A stretch of 64,000 nt of DNA from Sphyrna mokarran (lineage: Eukaryota). This document shows positions 12,731-24,902 of the stretch, one piece after another; the first letter of the stretch is position 1, and each line of letters opens with the position of its first letter. Below the pieces are notes generated by a model, which saw only the letters and a list, made by a program, of their open reading frames with translations, ran no database searches and had not been told where the DNA came from. The DNA lies in contig JAGIQG010000003.1 of assembly GCA_024679065.1 (NCBI GenBank), positions 88,226,001-88,290,000 on the forward strand. Direction: 5' to 3'. The translations under genes and the position numbers were made by a program.

Positions 12731-13524
12731 CATATTCTAATGAACTTTGCAATGTCTGAACTTGAAAGCATATATTGGAACAGTAAGTTCAACATCACAG
12801 GATGGATTGAAAATGAGATATATTTTATATATGTGTATATATATACATATAAATGAGACAGAAACAAAATATCCAAAGAAAATTGTTTGAGACTTAAAAA
12901 AAATAATATTTGAAGGCATGAGCCTCCACACTTCTAATTTTTGGCATCAGAAAGACTCTTTGATTGCAAGTAAAGACTTATGACATTATCAATAACATAC
13001 TCTTGAATCAACAATCCCTGATATCTTCCAGAAAAGTACAATAACTTCATGCCATTCCATGTGATCCACAGGATCAGGCTATTGACTTGGATGATCAGTC
13101 ATGATCATAATGAATGATGGAATAGACTTGAAGGGCCAAATGGTCTTCTCCTCTCCTATTTGTATGTTTCTATGTTTTTCCATGCCAGGTTTTTCAGCAA
13201 GATATCATTATAGAGATGCTTCTAGAGCAGCACTTCCTGATTTCCGGATAAAGTGTCACACACAGATGCTGGAATTTACTCTTAATAATAGTGAGTGCTG
13301 ATAGCTTGAGCAATTTTACTGCAAAAGCCATTATTAACAGCAGTAAATTTCAGTTTTAACTGGGACAAAAGACTCAAAGTTTGATTCTGCTGTCTCGTTG
13401 CAAAAAAATGTTAATTTTAAAGTTTTGAAAAAGTTACATGTAAAAATATTCTTGGCAGAAAGAATTGGAGTAGGAACAGGAAAAGGATATGTTTAACATA
13501 TCATCCAAAATACAACACATCGAA

Positions 13525-13650
13525 CAATGCCGCATCCCCATCAGTATTGCCAGACTAAATTATGTGCTCAATTCTCAGGAGTGGAATTTGATCCCACAGC
13601 TATCTAATCCAGAAACAAGCTGTGCTAGCACTGCATCAAGGCTGTCACCG
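13525..13650 (-). mobile_element. SINE 5' tRNA-like head fragment (Deu-SINE family)
   Basis: Reverse reads cagccttgatgcagtgctagcac...gtgggatcaaattccactcctgagaattgagcacataa, matching the head of the 9330 element. Confidence 0.6.
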
Positions 13651-13894
13651 AAAACAGCATATCTACTGCCAAAAAACTTTCACAGTAAAACTTCTCTTTA
13701 AATTTCTGCAGGCATGCCTACGTGATTATGGACCAACTAACCATTCATAGGTGGCATTGACTTTTGATAGGACATAGTTCAAAGGGCACCACCAGCAACA
13801 GCAACTAGCAAAGGCCCCATTTTTTTTAACCTATGGAGTGGGTATTCAAGTACGAGGGTTTCGTAATTTCAACGGTACAGATGTACCGTTGATA

Positions 13895-14360
13895 TCATTC
13901 TTTCCGGTCATTTTACAGCTTGGTATGGCTCCTGTTGTGTCCAAGACCACAAGAAACTACAAACAGCCATGAATCCATCACTTAAATCAGACCCCCCCAT
14001 CCATTGACACCGTCTACACTTCCTGCTGCCTCGGAAAAGCAGCCAGCATAACTAAGGACCCCACTACACCCTGGACGTTCTCTCTTCCACTTTATTCTGT
14101 CAGGATAAAGATACAGAAGTCTGAGGTCATGTAACAACCGTCTCAAGAACAGCTTCTTCTTTGCTGCCGTCCGATTTTTGAATAAACCTACCTTGCATTA
14201 AATTGATGTTTCGCTATACCCTAGCCCTGACTGTAACACTATATTCTGCACTCCTTTCCTTCTCTATGAACAGTATGCTTTGTCTGCAGAGCGTGCAAGA
14301 AACAATACTTTTCACCGTATGCTAATACATGTGACAATAATAAATCAATTCAAATCAAAT
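13895..14360 (+). mobile_element. Rex1/Babar-like LINE 3' end
   Basis: Motifs TAWYGSC..QDHKKLQ, KAASITKDP, SG.RYRSL and RLKNSF. 3' UTR ends tttcaccgta...acatgtgacaataataaa plus a (tcaaa)n tail. Confidence 0.85.
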
Positions 14361-15417
14361 AACAGACACTGCACATCCTTACACCTAACTTTCCTGGAGA
14401 TAATCCTTATTTACCTGTTTATGTATTAGGTTTAAACTAGTCACTGGAAAACTAAAACTAAATCAGTTTCATTGAAATGATAGAGAACATCATAACTTAT
14501 CCAAAACACTGAAAAATTTTTTAACAGGAGGCACTCAGTTGTGATCACCAGGGGAAGCTCTGCCTTAATCATTAACTCAGGACACCTCTTGCTTGTTTTT
14601 GATTAAGCTGGACACTTTATTCAGGTTCATCAGATTTAAAGTCAATGTACTTGACAATTCTGGTGGCTTCAAGTCCAATGGTGGAAATGATGAATGGAAC
14701 ACCAAAACAACTAAAGCTTGTATATGAAGCCTTAGTATTAAGTTAGGAATGAGGTGAGGGTTTAGCCTTCAACAGGATAGGGTTCCAGGTAACACAACTG
14801 TCACTGTAACTGTGTTTTGCAATTGCTCAGTGCATATCTTCTCTGATGGCTGTGGGTAATTCAATAAAGCAATTGTGAATTATCAAAAGAAACATATCTC
14901 ACCGGCCATACCTCTTGTGATTCTGGTGTCACAAATTTGAGTTTGGGGAAGGTCTCTGAGGCAAAAAGGGCAGTAATGAACAATGAGTCACATTTCAATA
15001 TAATCTAACAGTAAGCAGCATTTCTACAACATGATCAAATTCAATGTTAGGCCTAAAAATGAAAACCATAACACTTACTATACTGCTAGAGGGTGATCTT
15101 ATCAGCTCGCCATGCCAGTCGATGGGCAGGACAATTATAATTGTGTGAGAGGCAAAAAAATCAGGTTTGCCCCCGGTTTCTCACCTCTCGCAACCCTACC
15201 AAACCTGAATTTCTGAGAATCTTGCACCCGGGAAGAATGTGAGGCAGATTTCAATATGCAATTTTGGAATTTAAATACAATCAGTGAGCACGAGTCGGAA
15301 GATCCTCACTGGCGATGTCTCTATTAACAGGAACTCAATGTGGTGGCCTCACTGGTAGACTGGAGGCCATTGAGGTGGTTGGAAGCAGGGAGGGCCCTCA
15401 TTGACTGAAGAGCAAGT

Positions 15418-15602
15418 TATCCTGGCCAATGAAACTAACCTGTACATCTTTGGAGTGTGGGAGGAAACTGGAGCACCCAGAGGAAACCCATGCAGACACA
15501 AGGAGAATGTGCAAACTCCATACAGGGAATCACCTGAGGCTAGAAATGAACTATTGATGTTGTGAGGCAGTAGTGCTAACCACTGTGCAACCATGCTACC
15601 CA
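15418..15602 (-). mobile_element. HE1-type V-SINE
   Basis: aacctgtacatctttggagtgtgggaggaaactggagcacccagaggaaaccca...gtgctaaccactgtgcaaccatgctaccc is the reverse of the HE1 head plus core. Confidence 0.9.
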
Positions 15603-15856
15603 CAGACACAAAACAATCGAGCACTACGGCATCATAGCATTTTACATTAGCTCCCGGTGACGTTTTCCTCTTGTGCCTTTTAAAGTAAATCTCATCAGTC
15701 TACAGATTTCTATTCCTTGTTTAACAAAGAAAGTAAGAACTCCCCACAGATGCTTTCGACAAATGCTAAACAATTCCTATTTACTTTGGCAGAATGAGAG
15801 AAATCTCAGTGCATCTTTGTTGCATCAACAGCAGCAGTCAAATAAATATGACCAGA

Positions 15857-15871
15857 CTGTCCTCTAGTGGC
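15857..15871 (-). promoter_or_regulatory. candidate CTCF-binding motif
   Basis: Minus strand GCCACTAGAGGACAG closely matches the CTCF core CCACYAGRGGGCAG. It lies in apparently non-repeat sequence about 240 bp upstream of the exon candidate. Confidence 0.5.
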
Positions 15872-16114
15872 AATGCATAACAGAGCACACATTGCAACCC
15901 TCTCCACTGAACAGACGGCATCCAATGAATAAAATATAAGCATAAATTCCGCATGTTCTCTGAATCTATGAATGGAAAAGCATCAGCATTTGATGCCACA
16001 CCTGTGATGTCAGCTTAGAAATTGGGGTTAGTGAAGACAGTGTGGAAGACCATAGATTGATGGAAGCAACTGTTTATTGCTACATACTGGATGTTTTGTT
16101 TTTGTATCTTACAG

Positions 16115-16271
16115 ATCTTCAGTTCTGTGATACTATACAATACTTACCTCTACCAAGTCAGAGTGTGAAATTTTCTAAGCTGCAAATATATTGGTGTGAT
16201 GTTGAAGTTTTGATGGAGTTTGCAAATGCATTCTTACAGAAGGACAAAAACATTCAATCTCTAGATTTAAG
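16115..16271 (+). CDS. candidate internal exon encoding a ribonuclease-inhibitor-type leucine-rich repeat
   Basis: Acceptor gttttgtttttgtatcttacag| and donor AAG|gtaaat. Open frame (D)LQFCDTIQYLPLPSQSVKFSKLQIYWCDVEVLMEFANAFLQKDKNIQSLDL(R), whose stop falls just after the donor. Fits FxxLxIxxC...IxxLDL with 27-aa spacing. Phase 1 in, phase 2 out. Confidence 0.55.
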
Positions 16272-16603
16272 GTAAATTTTGTGCATGAAATTTCGAAGGT
16301 TAGTTCAAGGATGTGAAACACAGTCTTTCACTTGCTCAGACCTGAGTTCACATCCAATCTAGGATGACAGGTAGAGGCTTCTGTGCATCTGCTCAGAGGT
16401 CGCTACATGGAACAAGTTGGGCAACCTCAACCTGTAGGTCCACAGCATACAAACTGCCCTGAGTTTAGAATGTATTAACAGTCTTACTCAGAGCAACAGG
16501 TGTAGGTCAGCTATTGATCTCCATTAATTCAATTAGGTCACAGCTGAGCATGTACTAACAAACAAAACACATGGAAAATTGTGCAAGAGACATCTTTCCA
16601 GAT

Positions 16604-16735
16604 CAAAACAAATGACTGCAGATTTTGGAATCTGGAAGAATAACAGAAAGTGCTGGAAAATCTCAACATGTCTGAGAGCATCTGTGGAGAGAGAATAGAG
16701 TTGACGTTTCGAGTCTGGTTGACCCTTTTTCTGAG
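16604..16735. mobile_element. Penelope-like element terminal fragment
   Basis: aacagaaagtgctggaaaatctcaacatgtctgagagcatctgtggagagagaatagagttgacgtttcgagtc. Shorter copies at about 25851, 43705 and 51892. Confidence 0.6.
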
Positions 16736-17203
16736 ATTGGAGTAAGGGAGCAATGGAACACCTTCTGCTTCTAACTTTACTTTTACGAATTTAAACATTG
16801 TCAATGCCAATACTGGGTGACTTGAATGGTAAATGTTGAATTGCCCAATAGTAAATCCCTTTGCTTGTTGCAGAACAAAATGAATGCAGAAGTTTCCTAT
16901 ACATTTTGCTTCTTACATTCAAATGAATGTATTGAAATTTCAAAGCAAAAATAATCTGTCTCCCTGGGTTGTTCTGACTGTGATTGTGTTGTAATTATGC
17001 ACAAATAACAACTGTCTGAACACCATTTTTCCACTTTTATGCAAAGGTAATTTAACTACAACTATAAATTAAACCACAAATGAAAAAAAATCTATAATTA
17101 CAGTAATCAACTGAAACTCATTAGAAGTTTCATCTGAGACAAACCATTCCACTACTGACTCTCACCCTACGCCAATAAATCACAGACAATAGTTCAATGC
17201 TAT

Positions 17204-17978
17204 TGTGATGTTCGCGTACCTTTAAGAAGTTTTATTTTTAATCATGTACTCTGCAGTTGTGAGCAAATTTTTTCAGTTTGTTTTTCTTATTCTTGCTGGG
17301 CTATCTTAGAGAGTCTTTATATTGCTGCTTTAAACGGGGGGTTGTTTATTTTGACTGAGAGGATTATGACTCTGCATTATTAGAAAAAGACTGGTCAGCA
17401 GGTCAGGTGATAGGAGTTTCTTCCTTTTCAGTTTGGTGTTGCAGGTTTGAGTTTTAGATTTAGAAAAGACATCAAGCTGAAAAGAAGTCATTCTCTCTTT
17501 CCCTGGTTTTGGAAATTCTGCTGGTTAACTGAAAGCAAGGTCTAGCCTTTCTGAAGCGGGAATTACTATTGACAATTTGCCAAGAATCCCTGATGTTTTG
17601 AGAAGCTGTTCTGACTTCAAACTGTTCTGAATCTATCCAGAGATCTACAGAATTCATCCAAAGGTCTAAAGTTCGATAATAGTGTTTTCTGTGTTAAACT
17701 TGTGATAGGGTCTATGGGATTGGTTTGATTAGAGCACATTATACTTGTGAAGGACTATACATTCGAGTGATTACTCTGTTTTTTGTTTGTTATTGGTAAA
17801 ATTTCTTGCTAATCTTCTTACTATACATGTTAACTACGTTCTTAACTAAACTTTATTTGATAAAAGCTCTCTAGAGAGTCATTTGAATCATGTCTTACCC
17901 TGGCCAAATCGAAAGGCAAAATTTATGATCCAGACAGGCTTCACAAAATACTTGGAGTTTCTGACCTGAACAATAACA
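17204..17978 (+). mobile_element. solo LTR
   Basis: TGTGA...TAACA termini, flanks CTAT/CTGT (4-bp TSD, 1 mismatch), 775 bp, no coding sequence. Confidence 0.7.
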
Positions 17979-18169
17979 CTGTCAAATAAATGCAAAGGAG
18001 ATGATTTTCAATTGCCAATTGTGAAAATATTCCACCCACCTCCTAACTACATGTTCATTCCCCAAAACTCTGAATTACTATACAAGAGAATATAGCCTAC
18101 ATGGATCATAATTAAGCCTTTGGCAGTGTTTAGCAGTTGTAAAATTGTAAAAATCACACAGATTCTAAT

Positions 18170-18300
18170 ACATAAGACAAGAATTAGGAACAGGAATAGA
18201 CCATTCAGTTCTTCAAGCTTATTCCATCATTCAATAAGATCATGGCTCATCTAATTTTGATCTTAACTCCACTTTCCTGTTGTCCCTCACCCTCAATTCC
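18170..18300 (-). mobile_element. CR1-like LINE 3' end
   Basis: cataagacaagaattaggaacaggaatagaccattcag...attcaataagatcatggct is the reverse of a CR1 tail. Confidence 0.7.
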
Positions 18301-18869
18301 CTATTAAATCACTACCTACTATCTCACCTAACTGTGACCCTACCATCTCATCCACCTCTGATCCTACCCCCTGATCCACCTTACTCTATTACCCATCCTA
18401 CTTCCTTATCCAATTTTATACTCTCCATAGATTTTAAAACATGCTCTAAGACATTAGACCTGTTACAAAATAGTTATGTGGTATTATCATGCTCGAATAT
18501 TCCTGAAAAAAGGTATGTTGAACCCTTTACAAGATTATTGATATAAGAGAAAGGCAACAATTTATACCCAGTGAGAAGAAAGAGCTGATTGGTTGGCAAG
18601 TAGACTTTTGACTAGTGGAGGTTTTATCCTGAAGAATGGGTTAGCGAATAGCTGTCACTTATTTTGTTTAACTGAAACAGGCCTGTATACATAGTTTTTT
18701 CACCTGCAAAAATTCAGGGCCTGATGCATTAATATACTGACACTTTCAAGCCTGCAGTCCATTTCTATGCCAAAATCACTTTGTGGACAGAGCTTAAGGT
18801 AAGCGTAGAAAGGCAGGAACAGCCCGCAGTGTACCATAGCTGCTAAGCAACAACTAAACTGGCTAAGGC

Positions 18870-20400
18870 CATGGTCATTTAAGGTACTGCATTTCAGGGA
18901 ATCAAACTAAGATCTGAAAGAGTTGTGAAAAGTCTGACTAATTGTTCCTGCTCCAGATATTGTTAATAATCCTGCAAGAATCCACAGGATCATCACAAAA
19001 TTTCTGCTCAATCAGAAGGCAATTGACCTCCTGTCAGAGTTTACTTTGCTCTGAAAATGAGCGGATCACACTTTTGGACCTCGATGTTTCTGAACCAGAT
19101 GAAAAATAGGCCATAAAGATAAAGTTGCTATAGCAATAAAGATCTGTACAGACTGAACACTTCATTGTTGCATGATGACTATAAAATGCCATGGTCAACA
19201 TCAAGAAATAAATAAAGCCAACTGCTGAATATACCATCTGAAATTCACATCATTTAGGCAACAGTTGAGAGAGACATGCGATCAATTCACAAGTAGATGC
19301 AAAGATAAGGAGTATGATTTTGACTTTACAGTTTCAGAGTTAGCTGCCAGAATGATTGAGCTTGTGATAGCATCTACACCAACATCTTTCCAAAAGACTA
19401 TTTGGACCAACCCAAATATCACAACATGGAAGCACTTTCTCAAAACAGACATACATATGAAGCCACACTATCGGGGAGAGAGTACAAAGGCTACTCATAA
19501 TTCATCCAATCTTAACACTATGGCTATTTCAGAAGCAAGCCTACTGAGCAATATGGGCAGTGCGGCCTCATGTTTGCACTCAAGAGTTGCTTGGTTTTCA
19601 ACAATATATGTATGTAAGGCGCCTGGCACTAGAGGGCATTGGAATTGGCAATGCAAGAAGGAAAAGCTAGAACAAGTGGTTCAATGTCACGAGAAACCAC
19701 ACCCAGAGGCCAGACAAGTGCAGCCGTCCAATCAATCATGAGCATATGTCAGACATCGCCCAAACAAGATTCATGAAATATCGAGCCAAGAAATACAATC
19801 TGATGATGGAGGCAATGCAAAAAGTTCCATAGATATCAAAGAATGTATTGGCACAATTGTATCAACAGAAACCTTCATCACCATCCACATTATATACCTA
19901 AAGATGCAGGGTCAGTAGAAATTGTATATAAAACTGGATAATGGTGTTGCTGTAAACATCCTTCCACTGCACACGCTGAAATGTACATAGCCACAGAAGT
20001 GGCAAGTGATGGTTCATCAAACCACTGCCAAATTCATCTCATACAATTGCTCAGAGATTCGAACTCTGGGATCCATTATGCACAAGTGTTCCTTAAACAA
20101 ATCACGTTGGTCAGCCCAGATATTTCATGCTGTGGATATCTCAGTTATAGAAGTTGCAGGTCTGCTGGTGTTCTCGGAGATGACCCTTGGCTCCATTCAT
20201 GGATCATCATCAAGGGTCATCAATGTCAAGACAATGATGAGGACTACAGGCCATAAGAAGTGTTATTAAAACCTGTGCTGGGAGAGGATTATGTAACTCT
20301 GCATCAGAGATCATCAGCTGGCAGGCTATGTGGTAGTGTCCGAAACAAATATGGACACACTTTCCAAAGTTGCAAACTTCATTGTACTTCAATTGCAATG
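18870..20400 (+). mobile_element. decayed Ty3/Gypsy gag-protease region
   Basis: ORF 19265 has ETCDQFTSRCKDK..DF..SELAARMIELVIASTP.SFQK (Gypsy gag-like). Aspartic protease motif KLDNGVAVNILPL (LDTGA..NILP-like) at 19931-19969. Many stops and frameshifts. Confidence 0.75.
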
Positions 20401-21391
20401 TGAATTGCTACATGGCAGACAAATCCCTCCCCTCCCCCCATTCCCCCACACCCCAGTTATTACTTGACGATACTTCCAAGATTACAAGATGCATTGATGG
20501 AAAAAGAGAAGATAAAAGGTTCCCATGCCTAGCGTGTGGGTAGCAATTGCCCAACTTGAGCATCAGATAAAAAGTTTAAGTACTGCACCCAATGATGGCA
20601 CTTGGAACCAAGGTTGTACCAAATGGTATGACAGGTGTGACAAAATGTTTGCAAATCTAAGTTTTTTCTCACAACACCTTTGGTTGTTTAAATCTATGCC
20701 TTCTCTTTCTTGATCTTTTTATGAGCTATCACCGGATATGTCAATCTCAGTTTGTGTCCAATTGGGAATCATGCCAGTCGAAACGAAGGAGACAATGTTG
20801 ATAAGCAAAGATGGCATTCATTCCTGAAACGTGTTGCAAAATAAAATTACCTACAGCCACACAATTAAGAAAATATGCCTGTTTTTTGAGTGCAGTCAAT
20901 GGCAAGGAAACATTGGGCTTATCACTCGATGAGGCTTTTAGAATATTAACGCAGTTTAAGGATGATCACAGATGCGTTGTCGACATTCATTTGCCTAGAG
21001 AAACAGCTGGTTTAATTATCTGCAGGTCTCCTCAGCCAATTTCAAGGTAGGCTAATTTTTAGGGCTAATGTGTGCAAATATCCATAATTTCACACTGGAA
21101 AAGTCCTGGCTATCCCAAAGAATTTCTCACAATTGATTTTGCATCCACCTTGTACTTATTCTACTTGGTTTCAGTTGTAGTGAGTCTGCAGTGTTATAAA
21201 ATGGGCTATTTTTCCATTTTGTCTGCACTGATTTTCTCAAGTTTGCCTACATAAATCATTGATGATAGACACATAAAGAAGACAGAGTCTAAAGTTATCA
21301 AAATTTATATCCAACAAGAGGCTCATTTTATCTTGTGGAGTGTTATCAGCACAGAAGAAAACCATTTCATCCTTTATATGACTATACCATG

Positions 21392-21707
21392 GAATCCATA
21401 GAATGCCTTCAGTGCAGAATAAAGCCATTCAGCCCTTTGAATCTGCACCAATTCTTAGAAAGAGCATCTTACCTAGGGCCACCACCCTCCCTTCCGCTCT
21501 ACCTTCATAACCACGTGCATTTCCCAAAGACAATCCACCTAACTTGCACAACTATGGACTGTGGAAGGAAACCAGAGCACCCGAAGGAATCCCACATAGA
21601 CACAGGGAGAATATACAAATTATGCACAGTCACCTACGGCCAAAATTGAACTCAAGATCCAGGCACTGTGAAGCAGCAGTGTTAACTGTTTTATCAACAT
21701 GCCATCC
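21392..21707 (-). mobile_element. HE1-type V-SINE
   Basis: Reverse CR1-type tail, V-core (ggactgtggaaggaaaccagagcacccgaagg) and tRNA head. Confidence 0.85.
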
Positions 21708-21754
21708 ATTGAAGAAGCCACCCAACTAATCCAACTCCTATGATCCTAAGTGCA

Positions 21755-22420
21755 TAAGAATATGCGAATTAGGAGCTCCACTATTAATCAATATAATCAT
21801 GGCTGTTCTTGTACTATAACTCCACTTTCCTATCCATCCCAACTGGCTGAATACCCCGAGTATCCAAAAATCTACGAAGTTGCATCTTGAATATATGCAT
21901 CATAACATGTGACTGAATATCCACAATCCACTGACATTGAGATTTTCAACAGAGTCAAACTCTGAGTGAAAAAATTCTCCTCGTGTCAGCCCTAGACATT
22001 CAAACTTTATTCTGGGACCATAATGCTTAGCTCTAAACTCTCCAGCCAGAACAAACAACTTCTTGATATCGACCCATTCAAGACTTTAATGAGATCATCT
22101 CTTATTTTTCTCAACCTCAGATAATAGAGGCTCAGTTTCTCAATGTCTCCAGATAGGACAATCTACTCATCCCAGAAACCAGCTCAGCAAACTATCATTC
22201 CCGTCCTTCTGGCAAGTATGTCCTTCCTTGGCAAAAGAAACCAAAACTGCACACATCTCCAGATGTGGGTTCAACAATGCTCTGCAAAATTGTAATATGA
22301 CTTTCTTTACTTTAGCACTACTTATAACAAAACCTGACACTTCTGCCTTCCTAATTGTTTGTTGTACCACATATTAACTTCCTGTGATTCATGCAGAAGG
22401 ATGCCAAGTCCCATAAATGC
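21755..22420 (-). mobile_element. CR1-like LINE 3' fragment
   Basis: Minus ORF KVILQFCRALLNPHLEMCAVLVS corresponds to CR1 'LY.ALVRPHLEYC.QFW'. Tail cataagaatatgcgaattaggagc. Confidence 0.8.
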
Positions 22421-24596
22421 AACACTACCCGTTCTCTCTATAGGCTATTGAGTTGGGTGATCAGCCATGGTCATAATTAATGGTGGAACGGGCTTGAAGG
22501 GCCATATGGCTCCCTACCGCTCATATCTTCTATGTTTCTCTCATCGTTATAAAAAATGGTTTTAAGTTTCTTTCCTTTTCTATCAAAGCGAATAGTCTCA
22601 CACATTTTTAGCTATCTCTGAATATCAACATTTCCCAGTCTCATATTTCCGAAAAAAGAATAAAAACAGAATTTTACATTTTATAATCTCTCCAAAAAAG
22701 CAAAACCAGAATGAATGTGATTCCATGCTTGTACAAGTTAAATTATATAATGTCGGAGAGATTGATTGGCAGCCATTAGAGAAAAAGAACAAAGAACAAA
22801 GAGAATGACAGCACAGAAACAGGCTCTTCGGTCCTCCAAGCCTGCACCAACCATGGTGCCCTATCTGAACTAAACCCTTCTGGGGAACGTATCATTCTAT
22901 TCCCAAAATTATTAAAGTTTATCATTCCATTGAAAGTGCATTTGCATTTGTGGCGAAGAGGCTAAACCTTTGTAACAAGTGCAATGGGCAATCAATAAGA
23001 AAATTAAGCAAGTTCCTAAGGAAATAAATGGGAGCCTGAGGGCAATATGCAGTTTTCACAAAACTAACAGCAGAATGGTTTTCATATATTCACATTTAAC
23101 CGGACTTCTGTCCCTCATTGTGCCTATAAATAGCAGTGAGCACCAATAGCCTTATAAAGTGACTGGCTCCTTTAAGGAACATTCATGAGGAGGGTTATGT
23201 GATCTGATTGCTCAATGGGTGCAGGGATCTTGGTGCAGAGCTTTTGTGACCAGAGTAGATCCTAGAACTGCAAGTGTTAATGTTGTGAAAGTACTCTGTA
23301 GATCCTTGTCGTCCATTATACGAGCTGGTAATCACCAATCCTTTCAATTACCACATCCGCCCCTTCATTTTGACTGCAAATTCTAGCCCCATCACAGTAC
23401 CAAAAAAATTCTTTTCTGAACAGCTCCTTCTAACTGATGAATCATTCTGTTGCATTTTTGGCAATCCTTTGAAATATACTAAAGATCACATGCAAAAGCC
23501 CTTCTCAGTGCAGCCACTTGAAAATTCTGTTTATCTGGGCTAAATAATTTATTATTTTTTTAAACTCCTGTTCCAAAATGTCATCTCCCTCCTAAGAAGA
23601 AACTCTGTAATTTGTCAAATCATAATTGAAGCTTTCATTACAATTGTTTATCTAAACTACAGAAATCCTGCTACGTGTATCTCCATTTTCCAAGTGTGGT
23701 ATTCCTCAATGAGGAGATTATTACTTTCAACCATTGATTTACTGAGCAGGATAGCAGTTCTGTAATTTGTTACAGCTCATTAGAGAAACTGAAAATTGGT
23801 GCTTGGTAATTTGATCCTTCATATTTTCACAGTAAGAAATTTTGAAATTTATGTTTCTGCCATTTAATTTTCAGTATGCCCTTGACTGAATGTTGTTATG
23901 TTTATGTATTGCTTTATGGCAGATCAGCAGTTAGTGTGCACAGAGGCTTCTTGTGACTAATTATCAGGATAAAGATCTACAAATCCAAGTCTGAGCTAAA
24001 CAAGGTAAGCTGATTACTTTGTAGCACATACATTAGTGTAGGTTTCGACTTGGTGCAGCAGTGGAAATATTGTGATAGCAATGGCTTCAATGGAAATACT
24101 GCACTTTAAATATCAGAAGAGATGCAGATGGACTTCGGAGTGCTGTCATCCATTTGGTTCAAAGTCGAAAATGACTTCCAATGGTTTTATGGAATGCCAA
24201 TGTTAGAAATGCAGATTCCTTAAGAGTAAACCAGGACTATTTTCAGATGAGTTGAAGTGGGTGATGCTCAATGAAGTCTGTGCTTAAGAGCAGATTTTTA
24301 TCTGATAACTGGACCAGTTCTTCTCACTGAGGTTTCATGTTGTCCCTATTCCAAAAACAAAACTATACACTACCATAAACCGATGTTTCAAATTAGGATA
24401 CCCTCGCAGGTAACATCAGCATGATTTTATGACTAGGGGCTTCTGGACAGGGAGAGGATCCAGAAGCGAAGAATGGAAACTGATATTTGTATTGAACTTC
24501 ACTGTAACAATAAAACTGTTCTGTATCATCAGAATATCTTCTGCTGCCTGCTTTGATAAATGAATATTGACTTGTTAAACATTCAAGATTAATCAG

Positions 24597-24902
24597 GGGC
24601 AGCACATTGGCACAGCAGTTAACACTGCTGCCTCACAGTGCCAGAGATTGGTGTTGCATTTCCAGCTTCAGTCACTGTCTGTGCAGAGTCTGCATATTCT
24701 CCCTGTCTCTGTCTGGGTTTCCTCTGGGTGCTCTGATTTCCTCCCACAGTCTGAAAGCCGTGCTGATTAAATGCAATGGCCATGCTAAATTTTCCCTCAG
24801 TGTAACTGAATAGGCGCTGGAGCGTGACAACTAGGGGATTTTCATAGTATCTGCATTGCACTGGAAATATAAGCCTACTTGTGACACTAGCAAAATAAAC
24901 TT
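24597..24902 (+). mobile_element. HE1-related V-SINE with alternative (non-CR1) 3' tail
   Basis: tRNA head ggggcagcacattggcacagcagttaacactgctgcctcacag and V-core, then tail actaggggattttcatagta...aagcctacttgtgacactagcaaaataaa. Confidence 0.85.

Noticed and set aside
11939-12752. 187-aa and 169-aa overlapping ORFs (also the 182-aa ORF at 37677)
   Set aside because: They lie in GC-rich non-autonomous TIR elements where stops are rare. No domain is recognisable.
19124-19137. Near-perfect RFX X-box palindrome gttgctatagcaat
   Set aside because: It sits inside the decayed Gypsy gag coding remnant and is likely coincidental.
23870-24010. Strong donor AAG|gtaagc with upstream acceptors
   Set aside because: All frames from the better acceptors contain stops and no peptide is recognisable.
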